Source of the DNA: Euglena gracilis
Lineage: Eukaryota
Assembly: GCA_039621445.1 (NCBI GenBank)
Contig: CP154954.1
Coordinates: forward strand, 24,874,954-24,938,953
Length of the DNA: 64,000 nt
Direction of reading: 5' to 3'
In this document: one piece after another, positions 20,401-33,030 of the stretch
How positions within the stretch are numbered: position 1 is the stretch's first letter
How the letters are laid out: the number at the start of each line of letters is the position of its first letter
Made by a program: the position numbers and the translations under genes
Notes under the pieces: model-generated
Database searches by the model: none
What the model saw: the letters and a program-made list of their open reading frames with translations, nothing else
Told to the model about the DNA's origin: nothing

Positions 20401-23400
20401 CAATCCCTTAAGCAAAAGCCTGGTTGCGAGGTGGGTGGGTTGGCGAGCAGCGGATGGGACAGCTACAAAGATGGGAACGCCTCTGTCCACCAGCCAAGTC
20501 ACAGGGCAAAGGGCAGGCTGGAAGGACACAGCCAGGCAGGAGGGGGCAGCTGGGGAAACAATTGGTTGGAAGGAGCTTTTTTTTGCCCACCTGCCTGCCT
20601 GTACGAACAACATCGTTGCCCCAGTGGTGGGCAGGGAAGGCCTTTTTGGCGGTTGGAAAATACAACTCATTGATGGGGGGGGGGTCCGAGGCTGGAAACA
20701 GGCTGTTGCTGTTGGCTGGCTGGACCCCTATTGGGGGGTGGGTCAATTTTTCTTGACCTCCGCCCTGGCACCAAGGAAATCCTCGCAGACGCTGCACAGA
20801 GGCGCCAATCACATGTTGCAGAAAGCAGCGATGCAGCAAGCGACTGAGTTGGGTCTCACGGCTCAGACTGGCACTAGGATGCTGAGTGACGACCAGAAAC
20901 AGAAAAGAATTCGCAATTGAACAATCATTTTGCCATCACTTTTCTGCCCGTGCAGTGTGATTCCATGCTGGGACCTGACACACAATATCACAACAATCAG
21001 GCTTTGGCTTACCCCCCAATGTCCAACGACCGGTAGCCTTCTGTCCTCCAACCAGGGGGTGGTTGCTAGACATAGGGTTGTGACCAAAGATGGTGTTCTC
21101 CAACTGGGCGGTGGTCGTTGGACAAGGGGTCCAAAACAAAAAGGTCGACAGATACCTGAGACCCCCCCAAAATGTCAAAATTTTCCTTACAGCACTTCAA
21201 GCCGAAATTTTGAGGAAATCTGACAATTTTTTGCCCAAAAAGTACCAAAAAAAGGCACTTTGGCCAAATTTTGGCAAATTTTGGGCTCAAAAATTTTCGG
21301 CCCGGTGCGCCAGGACCAAGAATCTGGCCAAACCTCCGAAAAGGTGAAACCTCCAACTAGGGGGGTGCCGTTGGACATAGGGGGTAACCAACATATCCAG
21401 AATATCCGGGGGGGAGGGGCTCTGTTATAGGGTGCCTGCCCAAAATAAGACTGCCAGAAAAGGTCGGCTCTGCATCTGGACCAGGCTGTTTTTTTTACCA
21501 ACCCCGGGGGGGGGGGTCCGGAGTGCCTGCCCAGGTAAGCACTACCCCCCCCCGGGAGGTCAGATTTCGGCCTGTGCCCAGGCACATTCCTTTGAAAATA
21601 GGCCATTTTTGGCTCCCCGGCGTCTTCGGCGCCGGGGTTGTGATAGGGCACTTTTGGCCGTGTGCCCTACCCCTTAGTTGCACTAAGGCTTCTTGTCTGT
21701 TTATGGCCGGCGCTAGCTTCGCTTCTGGCCCAGTTTGCTGCGTGGTGAGTGGCCAGGTACCCCTAACACCAGTCCTCTTTTGTTGCTCCCCCTGGCCGGG
21801 TGAGTAACTCTGGTGTAATTCCAGCGCTGTAGGGACATACACTCACCTTGTGTGGTTGGTGTGGTTCCCGTGGGTGGGTCTACACCCTTGCGCCCCAGTG
21901 CTGCTCTTGCCTCCTGCCCTCTTCCCACTTTTCTGTGTGGGGGATGCATGGCGCAGGCACAACGCCATGACTTGAAAAATTACAATGTGGCCTCACGGTC
22001 CCGCGGCTTAGGTAAACCCGGGTCACCAAGTCTCGGCCTTAGGGCGGGTGGCGGGTGGGTAGTGTGCTGCTGGGTACCAGTAGTTCCTTACATACTGGTA
22101 CCTGCGCTCCATGCCCTGTCCGGGGTTGGTTTGGGCGGTCCTCTGCCTCCGGGACCGGACTTGGAGTGCCTTGGAGTGCCTGCCCATGCCCAGGCAGGCA
22201 CCCCCCCCCCCGGTGTGGGGTCGGCACCCGACTAAAATACGGCCTGATCTGGACGTGGTAGGACTACAAAATTGAACCTTGAAAGTCGCCTGTTTAGGGC
22301 CTGCACGGGCTTCACCCCCTCCCCCTCCCCTGCCCCACGGCTTCTCAACCCGGGGGTCATGTGCATTGCCTTAAAACGACTGGTGGCACGTGGGGGGGGG
22401 GGGGCTTCAATCAGCCAGCGAAGCTACAAACTTGAGGATGCATAAGAGGGAGGAGCACACACAGCCTTCTGTCCAGCGGTGTGGGGTGGGGAGGGGCGAG
22501 CTACGAGATGAAGGGGAGGAGCCGGAGGGCGATGGACACGAGAGCAAGGGAGGTCCGAAGCGTGCAATTGCTGGCCGGCATGAGGAGGAGGGTCGCTTGC
22601 AAAAACAAAGTTCCCCCGCAAGCTCCACAAGACAAGGAGTAGCGACCACTTTAAGGAAAAGCGAGCACCCCTCATGCAACTCCCACTCAGATTTGGAGGG
22701 GTTGCTGAAAATGGGTGACAAACTCTATGAGAGAGAAAATCAAGGCACCTGTCAACCATTTTGCAGCCAAATTCATCATGAAACCTTCTGAGAAGCCAGC
22801 ATGTTGAATATTTTGCCTGGAAACCCTCTCCACAGAAAAGAACGATCCAAGCTACCAAGGCCATCTGTTTGCTTGCTTTCGGCCACTTTTTAGGTGGGGG
22901 GGTCCCCCCCACCTGCCCTTTTATCGAAGCCTGGGGTCTGACTGACTTCTCTCCGGGGCATCGCTCAAACTAAAGGGGACGGGGGTTCTTGTGAGGTGAT
23001 CCACCAGGGTGTCCCAATAGTAGAATGGGGCATTCCTCATGATTTGCCATTTTTTGGGATTCAGATTGGGCAGCAATAATAAAGATAGAAATAGTAATTC
23101 AGTCGTCAGAGTTGGGTTCGAGATTTTAATTCTGCCCAAAGGGTGGGTGGATGGTAATGGTAAGCAAAAGTTTTTTTCCCCTTTGGGAGGTGAAAAAATG
23201 GACCAAAATGGATTAGAAAAAAGGGGCTGGGGACACACAATCACTTGGTCACTGGCCGGCCCCCTCCCCCCGGAGGACAGAGTGACTGATCAGTCTCTGG
23301 CCTGGACCCCCTCCCCGGGGGGGGGGGTCAGCTCCAAAGTGACCTGGAATTGTTTTTGGCTTTTTTACATTTATGGTCGGATTTCTCTTGGATTCCAGAG

Positions 23401-26400
23401 TGGCCAATCCCTCCGGGTAGTGACTGACTGGTTTTCCGGGGAAAAAAGTGTATGAATGGTTTTTGGAAGAGTAAAAATGACCCTCTCCGGGGTTCGATAA
23501 AACACTGTGTGGCTGGGTCAGCCAGGCAATTTTTTTGTCCTTTTTTGGTGAAGGAGCTGCAACACACACCAAGCTGAACCGTTGCTGGGCATGTGGGTTC
23601 ATGTGTGCAAAATTTTGTCAAGATGCAAAAAAAAAACTCGGCGCAAAGCGCCAGAAGGAAAATTTTGACCTTTTGGGGGGTGAGGGGAGAGGGGGGACAC
23701 CTCCCACTTAAACCCCATACACCCTTCTTTCCTCGAAGCCTGTCAGGCCCCAGCCAGCGCGAACAACTGCACGGGCAGGACGTAGAGCAAGAACCCCGAG
23801 GCCTTCAGCACCCAGTTGTCCGACTTGGCCTTGGATGGGCTCCGGGCTGGGCAAGGCTGGCGCAGAGGGGACCCTGACCTCAGACCTCCACAGCCTCGGG
23901 GGACAATTGGGGATGAGACCACAGAAATGCGGGGGCAGCCGGGGCAGAACGGGAAAGACAGGAAGAACCCTCACCCAGGAGGTGGGGGGTGACGCCCCCA
24001 CCCACCACAGCATCTTCACAGATTTTTAAACAAATTTTTCCTGGCGCCAAATTTTTGGGGTCAAAAATTGGTGCTACGGAAATACGGAAGGAGGTGGGGG
24101 GTCGACCCCCCCCCCACCCACCACCCTGGCTGTTTGGCCGATTCCCGTTCTGCCCTGGGGGCAACCAGGAACAACACAGCCGTGGAAAGGCTCTGCATCT
24201 CTGAGGAGATTCCCCTCACTGGTGGGATCAGGCCTTTGCTTAAAGACCCTCGGGGTGGAAGGGGGCGGTCGGTGTCAGGCACGCGACAAAGGAAGCGGCC
24301 CGGAGGGCCTGTCCAGACTTCCACAGCGGTTGATCCAGGTTGCATTGTGCACCGCTTGAATGCGGGTTTCCATCTGTTGCCGGGAATGGAGGTTTGGGGA
24401 GCATCACGTTCCCGCCCTCTCGATGGTTGTGTGGCAAATTAGTGGGAGGGGGCAAATGGCAGTGACTCAATGAAGGATTCTGGGTAAGTCCCGGTCTTAT
24501 GCAAAAGAATTGTTTAAACAATTGACAAATGTGGGCAGGAGATTACTCAAACAAGCAGGAGGCAATAGAACTGGAAGAAACTTTCTTGCAACAAATTTTT
24601 TACAGGGAGATAATTTTTTGAATTTGAATTGGTTCTTTTGATGAGTTCTTGGCTGAGTATGGAAGCTTTATTTTATGGCGAGCAGTTGTAACAAGCAAGA
24701 ATGAGTATGCAGAATTCCTGTTCATGTTTCTAAACCAAAAGAGTGGTCCAAAAAAAGCAAAAAGTCAAAATACGAACACAGAAACGACTCTGCGGTGCCG
24801 ATTTCCCCCTCCCTGTCAAAAGGATTTAAATCTTAAATCTACTATCAATGACATTTAAAACCAATGTCACCATTTCATGGTAGATGCTAGCACGTTGGCA
24901 TGGTTGGTGCTGCAACGCAACACCCAGATAATCACCCTAAGAAAAAGAAATGCACCAAGTGCCACAGGGGGGGTCAGGGTTCAAGCTTGGAAGGTGACAC
25001 CAGGGAGGATGCATATGGAACTCCGAAGCGATTGCGCAAGAAACTGCATTTAAAAACTGGCGGCATCGTTAACGGGTGAGCTTCGCTGACTTTCATTCAG
25101 TTTTCCCTGAAAATTGAATCACTGGTCGAGTGCTTGAAGGACTGCCCACTATCTGATCCCTGGCTTGAATGCCTCTAGGGATGCCCTTCGATGCAACATC
25201 CACTGTGCTGTGTTGCACGGTGTTGGTATGTACCGCATTGGCTGCCAACCTCCCCACCGTACTTGCCACCCCCCCCCCCATGTGTTGCCCAACTTGTCGC
25301 CCCCGGTCAGTGGCCACCAATTTGTGCTGCCGAACGTCAATCAGCCCTTCCCCTCCCCCCGGGGGATCATGAAGCAGTGGCATCCCCAGAATGCTCAAAG
25401 AATTTGTAAGAGCGAAGCCCGGGCGGGCCTCCAGCAGGGGCTGCTCCGGCTCGGGGATGGCGGCGGACGGGTCTGTCAGCCGCCCGTCGTGGACAGCCCG
25501 GGCGTCCTGCTGGGCAGATTGCGGGGCGGCGGTCGCGGCGGCGGCGACCAGCCGGGTGGTGGCGGGGCCGCGGGCGGGGAGGGTGGGCGACCGCTGGGGG
25601 TGGACGGGCGGGTGAGGGGACCGGTGGGCGGAAGCAATTGGCAACAATTTGCAAGTCATCAGAGGACAGATGAGGGAGCGAGTGCAGAAGATACGGGTTT
25701 GGTGTGTACCTTTCCAGGGGACCAGGGGCGTGACTGGTCAACTGGAATCAGTCACTGTTCACCGGCATGACTTTTGAGGAGGCTGTTCTGAATCTGAGAA
25801 GGGCAGATTTCAACACCTTCCCAAACTGCTCCTGGAAAAATCAGTATTCAGGAAAGCAGCTGACGATGCTTGTGGCAAATATTTTTGTTTGGATTTAAAC
25901 AAGAATGCTGATGCGAGAGGTTTTCAGAGGGTGTCAGCGCCAAGAGCACGGAAATCCTTGACTTTGAAGAATGAACCCTTGTGTAGAGACAATTCTTTAA
26001 AAGGGTAACAGAAAAAAATGCACAGCGCTCCATTTGGTGCCAGAAACGAGCACTCATTTTTGAGAAATAGCCAAATGTGACAAGGGACAGCTCTGTTGAA
26101 AGATCCAGCACTTTCCTTTCAAATCTCTCCAGCGCTGTTGGAGGAGATGGAAAAACCACCTCCTCGGAGGGAAAATTGTTGAAATGCGACATGGTTTGTG
26201 TCTTCAAAAATCATATATCAAAGCAGCGTCTGACGAACGTTTCCAGAGAATTATCAAAAATGCACAGCCAAAAGTGGCATATTCTAACAAGAAATACAAA
26301 ATATAATGCACGGCTTGGTTCTGCCAACCCCTGGATGCGCTTAATGTGGGGGGAAATAATACATTTCTTCAAAGTCCCTAAAGACTCCCAGAGGTTCAGC

Positions 26401-28164
26401 CGGCTGGCAGGAAAAAGGTGCTGGGTGGAATCCACCTCCTGGGGGGGGACCCAAATGGTACAAAACTGGACAGAGCACAACTGTCCAGCTGTCCAAAATG
26501 TGAAGGCAAACACCCAAAATCCCTCAGAAAACTTTTTGTCGAAAAAGGAGCAGTCCACAACTGCTATTTTTTTCGGATGGTTTGGGGGGGTACATTGAAA
26601 GTTATTTTTTTTGAAAAAGGAATTCGCCACCAAATTGCTTTTTGGAAAAGCGTTAAGCCAATCCATGAATGGTTTTGGGCAGGGAGGGGGAAAAATATCA
26701 GTCCATTGACGTTGCAGGTTCAGGTGAGAAATGGACTGGAATGAAATGCATACATGGCGGGGATGGCGGGGACAAAAGCAGCCGCCCACCCAGTTCGTGC
26801 AGTGTGGACTTCTGTTGCACAGCCTCTGCCAACGCTGTGCAGCCACAGCTTGAGATCCGGTGACCCTCCAGGGACAAGCTATGTAGTTGGCGACTGAGAC
26901 CAGGGGGACCCACCAAGGGTCCAAAAATTAAAAAAGGCGACCCAGCCCGCGGTGAGTTAAAAAGCACATCCTGAGCCACGTGCTTGAACAACAGCGTGCA
27001 AAACGCACGTGCGGGGCACCATTGGGCCAAGCTAGCAGCAAGTCCTAAACCACCTGTACAATGGGAGCCATCGTTGCCCACATTAATGCGCCCCTCCGAG
27101 CTGCAGCTCAGCTGCCGAGACTTCAGCACGGCACCAACCCCCCAAGGGGGCGCGCCTGCCTGCCCAGTTAGAAACCCTTTCCAAACCCGAAACAAGAAGG
27201 TGAGACAGACCCTTCCCCATTTCCCCCGGACAGTGAGGGGCACCCCTGCGCTGTCTCCAAGAGGGCGGCACAGCTGACAGCGCAGTCATGCCCACGCCCG
27301 TCTTTGGGGAGGGCCGGGGCCGACAGGGCCGGCTGGGCCCGGACCGCCTCGATGAGCCGCGGACCCCCGCCGCGGGACGGGACCCGGCCAGGCAGTGGCC
27401 GCCGGCTGTTCCCCGGCCCCGTGTCGGGCCCACACCGCCGCCGTGTGGGAGGGGGCTCCGGATCTGCGTGCCAAGCGACTGCCGGACCATGGACGGCCAG
27501 CCACGCGAGCGGAAACCGCGGCCGGAAGTGCAAAAACGTGGACACCGGGAGGGGGACAATGCCGGGCAAAACAACCGGCTCGCTGGCTTGAAATGCACCC
27601 TGGGTCTGGGTTGTGGTGCCCTGAGGAAAGACAGCCGACAAGCGAATGACCAGAATCAGGGAACTCCCTTGATGTGGCCCAGGGGGACTGGCTCTGGGGC
27701 AAAAGTCTCCACCACTCCAAAGACCTTTAAGCGCACTCTAAAGGCGTTTTCATTTTATGTGCAGTTTGTTGCATGTTTTGTGCGGTCTTGTGCTGCTTTG
27801 TGCACACTCTTGCCACACCAAAGCCAAACCAAACGAAAATTATGCAACAGAAAAAAATCAACGATATAAAAAGAAAAGTAAACCACAAATAAACCTGCGA
27901 AGTATCTTTGTGTGAATTTCAAAGAAGCGTCATAGAAAGATTGCAAAACAAAACTGCAAGAAAACCTTTGTACCAAAATACATGGGAATGCACACAGCAA
28001 TCCAATGTGGGAAGGGTGAATGGCAGGGGGGCAGCCTGGCTGAAGAAGCGGCCGGGGAGCGTGCCGGAGAAGTCGGGCCGCAGGTCGGGGATGGCGATGC
28101 AGAGCCGGGACAGCAGGGCTGGGCTGAACGGGCAGCGCCGGTCGAGGAGGCGGCCGCCCGCCAT
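14480..28164 (-). CDS. Unresolved multi-exon gene (possibly more than one) with N-terminal RI-like leucine-rich repeats and a Pro/Ser/Ala-rich tail
   Basis: ATG at 28164 follows a CAG acceptor (MAGGRLLDRRCPFSPALLSRLCIAIPDLRPDFSG...). The exon near 26790-26878, LSLEGHRISSCGCTALAEAVQQKSTLHEL, fits the RI-like LRR pattern. GC-rich exon-like islands lie near 27.3-27.5, 25.4-25.6, 23.8, 16.3, 16.15, 15.8, 15.5, 15.2 and 14.8 kb. The full structure was not reconstructed. Confidence 0.45.
14532..14808. mobile_element. hAT-like MITE, family D (TIR CAGGCTGAATTT); candidate intron 14527-14811
   Basis: CAGGCTGAATTT...AAATTCAGCCGG with flanks GCCGACAG/GCCAGGAG (5/8). Same terminus as 36741 and 55141. 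Confidence 0.75.
14865..15118. mobile_element. hAT-like MITE, family B (CAGGG-T-rich-AAG); candidate intron 14860-15121
   Basis: CAGGGTTTTTTTTAAGACC...AAAAAAAACTCCTG with flanks GGCGGGGT/GGCGGGGA (7/8). The interior matches 31077, 34172 and a partial copy near 62050-62190. Confidence 0.9.
15589..15770. mobile_element. hAT-like MITE, family A; candidate intron 15584-15773
   Basis: CAGGGCTGCACGGGAA...TTCCCGTACTGCCCTG with flanks GGGGCGAC/GGAGCAAC (6/8). Confidence 0.9.
15849..16135. mobile_element. hAT-like MITE, family C; candidate intron 15844-16138
   Basis: CAGGGCGGTCCTT...AAAGACCGATCTG with flanks GCAGGGTC/CCGGGGTC (6/8). The interior CATCCTTGGACCATCGCC.ATCCACCCAAA is shared with the 54647 copy. 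Confidence 0.85.
16850..17392. repeat. Degenerate tandem array, about 4 units of 153-167 bp
   Basis: The motif GACCCGG....TTTTGAGC..AAAATGAGC recurs near 16901, 17054, 17221 and 17383. Confidence 0.85.
19983..20422. mobile_element. hAT-like MITE with perfect 8-bp TSD
   Basis: GTTGCGAG-CAGGCTTTTGTTTAAG...CTTAAGCAAAAGCCTG-GTTGCGAG. A related CTAGC-rich copy lies near 2190-2630. Confidence 0.93.
23940..24157. mobile_element. hAT-like MITE, family A
   Basis: CGGGGCAGAACGGGAA...TTCCCGTTCTGCCCTG with flanks GGGGCAGC/GGGGCAAC (7/8). Confidence 0.9.
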
Positions 28165-30023
28165 GCTGTGTGGCTGCGAATGGATCCGTGGATGAGAATG
28201 GGGGGAGAGCAAGCATTCCGGTATCTTACAGTAAAAAAAAAAACTCCCAAGAAGAGCAACCCCAGGAAAACCAACTGAATGGTTGTTTCTAATCAAAGAA
28301 GTTTTGACCGACCCCCAAAGGGGTCACTTCCATTCTTCCAAAAAAACCAGTCAGTCACTACCCCCCCCCCCAGGACTCTGGAATCCAAGGGAAATTCAAC
28401 CACAAATGGGGGCGAAACCAAACAAATTCCGCCGCCTTTAGCGCCAGGTCACTTTGGTAATTTTTTGCCGACCCCGGGGGGGTCTGAACCAAAAACCAGT
28501 CAATCACTCTGAAAGAAACCAGTCATTCGCCAGGGGGGGGGGATGATTGCATGTTTCTGACCCAATGAATGTACTCTGAGTCACAGAGATATCCCACACG
28601 GAAAGATATCGGAAGCATTCGGGAAAATTGAAGGGACATGGGGGGGGGGATGTGGGAAATTGCGGGGAAATTCAGTTCGAAATCCAAATGTTCTAAGGGA
28701 GTTGAAATAGAAATTGTCCCATTTTGTGGATTTTATCCTTGACACAGAAAAGATGAATGAAACTTTCATTCCTTTCCCTTGGTGGGAAAATTTTTTTCGA
28801 AGATGCAAAAAATCACTGGAGTCCTCAGAAGCTAAGTGACGGAAATTAATGGACGTGGACATTTGACTTCCTTCTGCAAGCTTGGCAAGCTGTGGCAGAA
28901 CTGTCTCCCAACAAGTCGAGGCAGAACCCCTTCCGGACTTACGCAAGGCAACAGCTCATATCTAACATATTTCCTCTTCTTCCAAGCATCTTTGACGCAC
29001 ACGGGCGCATGCGCATGGGCACACGCACAGGGGAACTTGCACATGGGCAGGTGGAAACAGCAGCAACCCCATGAGAATTGTGCCCGGTGTCTGCTGCGGT
29101 GGGCCAGCGGGCAGGCAGACAACCGCGGCCGCGACGACCTTGCCGCCGGGGCGGGGCGGCGGCCGGGAGTCACACGGCGGCGCACGTGCACGCGACGGCC
29201 AGCAGAGCGGCGGCCCACACCGTCGGCCGCCGCAGCCGGGGCCGCTGCCGCCGGACCCAAAACCACACGCCGAGGGCCGTGGTTGGGAGGGCGAGCCGGC
29301 GCAGCCACCGCCACTGTGCTTTGGGCTGCGGCGGAGCGCAGCGAGGGAGGGGGCAGCAGATGAGTGGCGAAGTGGCACGTATGTGAATGTGTGGTGCTCT
29401 CCCGGAAGGCTGTTCCCTGAGTCCCCCCCTCCCGTCGCACGTCCGGGGAGTTTCTGAAAGCAAAATTCCCTTCCAGAGACCCCAACCCCACGCAAAGCAC
29501 GGCGCAGTTCCCCGGAGGGCAGAGGACAGGGGCAGACCTGTTGCGGGACTACTCCCACGCCGGAGGAGGCGGGTCCGGTAGTCCGCCGCCCGCCGGCGGG
29601 GGTGGCGTGCGGCTTGGGCTTGCCCACGGCCCAGTCTGCGCTGCGGAGCACCTCCACCGCCACTGGCTGGCCCGGGGGGGGGGGTCAGTGGATGTGTGAT
29701 GCACAGGGAGGTCCCGGAAGCGGTTGGGGACCGGGGGGGTTCTTAAGCACACAAAAAAAGCCTTTTACCTCTTAGCACATTCAATCAAAATCCAAGGGAA
29801 AAAACACAGCTGGAAAAAAAGGCCATATTTTGGCAAAACCAGATCGACTTTGGGGGGGGCGGGGGGATTTCTGGCATTCTTTTGGACCATCACCAACCCA
29901 CCCAACCATCAAAAAATGCGAGTTCAACTTCTTGAATGTTCGGTTCCATTTGAGCCCCGAATCGGCCGTTGCTCAGTACTCTGGCCTGACGGCAAGGGGT
30001 GGTGCTTGGCGGAATCGTGTCCC

Positions 30024-32109
30024 TCAAGGACCGCTGCTGCTGCTGCTGCTGACGGGGGAGGGTCTTTGGTGGTTGGTGGTCGTCCTTGCTTGTGGTCCAG
30101 CTTTGGAGAATTCTTCTCCGGGTTTACTCGGGCGAAGTACGGAAGCCCCATCGACCGCTGCCGCCGTGGATTGCGCCGCTGCGAGCAGCCTCCTGGGAGC
30201 CTGGCCACGGGTCCTCCCGGGCCAGGTCGTGGCGCGGTGCCAGCCGCGCGGAGCGACGACCTCCACGGCAGCGATGGTGGCAGGCGCCTCCCGGGACGCG
30301 GGGGGTCCGATGGGGACGGAGGGTCAGAGGGGCAGGGGGAGGAGGGGGGGGCCTGGGGGTGGTCGCCGCCCAGCTTGTTGAAGGAGGAGATGGAGACGTC
30401 GATGGCGATGAGGGTGTCGTTGCAAAACCTGCAGCGGGGGCAGAGCAGGTCGCAGCCCTCCTTTGCCAAAGGTTGGAGCCCCCACAGAAACTTGTCTGGA
30501 GGCGACACAGACCGACCGATTGCGGGGATGGGAGTGGTGTGTTTAATACTTTCTGGCGTTTCACGCAGGAACACAGGAGATGGTGTCTGATTTTGGAATC
30601 GGTCTCGATAGGGGAAACGGCTGCAATCCTGGTCTGAGAATTAACAAGAGGCTTGCCTGGGTTGGCCAAGCCGGAGCTTTCCTGGGCTCCACCGTCTTGA
30701 TCGGCTTCAGGCTGGAGTGCCTTCCAAGCCCTTTGGCACCTTGTCCACCTCACAAGAGGGGGGGAATCAGATTTTGCCGAATTCCAGACGAAGGTCGCAG
30801 ATTTTTCAAAAAATCTTGAAACATTTGCACTCGAAAACCTGGGGGGACCAGGGGGGTTTTGGGTCTTAGTGGTGCAAAATAGCCAGGCGTGGGGGTGCAC
30901 CTGCCAATGGTCCCCGAATACTGGATGGTGTGGCCCACGACCAGGCGGTCGATGGGTTGGCCGGCCCTCTGGGAATATTCCCGAATGACTTCCATCAACT
31001 GGCGGCACTCCCCTCCCTCCGCTTGGCAGATGAGGAGCCAGGCGATGATGTCTCTGTCCTCACCCCAGGCTTCAAACAGGGGTTTTTATAAGACCGGGGG
31101 GGTCCCCTCACCCACCCACCCCCTGGGGGGGGGGGGCACCCCCAGGGGGGGGGGTCCCAGGGGACCCAACCCACTTTTCCCCGAAAATGGCCAAAAAAAT
31201 CGTGAAAAATGCTAAAAATAGAACTGTTTTCAAAAATTCTCGGAAGCACCAAAAAGTATACCCACCCCCTCTGGGGGGGGGGGGGACCCACCCCACCCTA
31301 ACCCCCCCCCCCTGGGGGGTCCAAGGCTAAAAAGAAAAACCCTGGTTTCAGAATTGGCCGTGAAAAGGTGCTGTTTATTGTGCTGGCGTGAGACGAAAAC
31401 GTCCGTGAGACAGTGAGACGGGGCACGCTGTTGCTATTCTGGCGGAGACATCGTTGGGACCACGAGGGCCCGTCATCGGCCAGCACGAGGTGGTGCCAGC
31501 GTTCCAGGCTGACCTGCCGGCGAACCTGTGGGGATGGGCGGGAAGGCGAGAAACGCGAAGGTGAACAGTGGAACGTTGTCCCAACCGTCCCCATTCTGCC
31601 CGTTGTGCAACCCAGACAGAAGCCTGGGTCATGCTGCTTGGGCAGCTGGACGTGGAACGCATGCAAACAGTGCTTGGGTAAAGCAGCCAAGGACTGAGAC
31701 TGAGGGGAGGAGAGCTCAGAGTTTTCCAGCTCAGAGACAGGAAAACTTGGTTTGGATGGAAAAAAACTTCCCCTGGCTGCCTGGATGGAACGGAGTCCAA
31801 CTGGGGGTTAAACCGGGTCCAAAAACTGCCAGTTATGAAAAAAAATTCAACTTTTTGCCCCTAAATTTGTCCTGGCCGCCCAAATCCACCCATTTTGGCC
31901 CATTTTAGAACCTCCGAAAGCCAAGAATCTGTCACCTTCCAACCGCCCTTCGGGCTGCAAACAAAAAAAAAACTTATCGATGGGGGCGGAGGCGGTCCGA
32001 TGCCGGAAAAAGGCTGCTGGGTGTCTGGACCCCCCCCAGGGGGATGGGGTGCCCTCGGGCTTTTCCTATTCTTACCAACCACAGGGGTCTGACGCAATCA
32101 GCCGCAAAG

Positions 32110-32161
<52 letters not shown>

Positions 32162-32995
32162 CACGGAAGCACACGCATGCACACACAATCCATACACACC
32201 TCGTCATTCAGCTCTGAGATCGAAAGTTTGGCCAGCGTGGGTGTACCGCCAGGGATGAATATGAATGGGAGGGGACAGCACGAATTCAGGGGGTGCCCCA
32301 AAAACCTGGATGCAACCCTGGGCGACCCCTGCATGCACAAAGAGGGAGCGCCCCAGGAGGGTGATGGAGTCCAGCTGCCGCACCCAGCGGTATGGCCCCC
32401 TCTCCCCGAAGGCCTCCAGCCTGCCCTGCACGCCGCCGAAGGAGTCGACCTCCCCTGCCAGGCAGAGGCACGGCCGCCCGGCCTCCCCGCCGCCTCTGGA
32501 ATGGGTGGCACAGCACCTTCATGACACACCATGGAATGCAATTATTATTATTTCAAATTTATTTATTTTTATTATTTATTGTCTCTCAATGATTATTGGT
32601 ATTATTAATGATTAATGATTAATGATTATTATTATTATTTATTGATTTTTAATTGTTCTATTTTTAATTAATTTCAATCATTAAATCATAATATAATGAT
32701 TATTTTATTACATTCCTTGGCAATGGCCTTGGTCTCTGGATGGCAGGCACCACACACCATTGGAACCATTTGCACACTCGCAGCACTGAATCTCTTTCCA
32801 AATTTCTTCTCTCTGCACCTCATAAAGCATCATTTCAACCAAAACAGCGAGCCACTCCCCACACCTTCGAGAAAAAGATGCAACACATGTGAATGGACCT
32901 CCATATGGTCCACTGGCAAAAGCAAATATTCATGGTAATGCAATTGTCGCTTAGTACTTGATGCGGCCGCCAATGGCAACAAGAGCTGCAGTGAG

Positions 32996-33030
<35 letters not shown>

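Noticed and set aside
31072-31347. MITE 31077 as a complete SLP intron
   Set aside because: SLP motif spacing (GPSWS then LLICQ...) and separate end-pairing (CGATGTCTC / GAGACATC) suggest it is nested in a larger intron.
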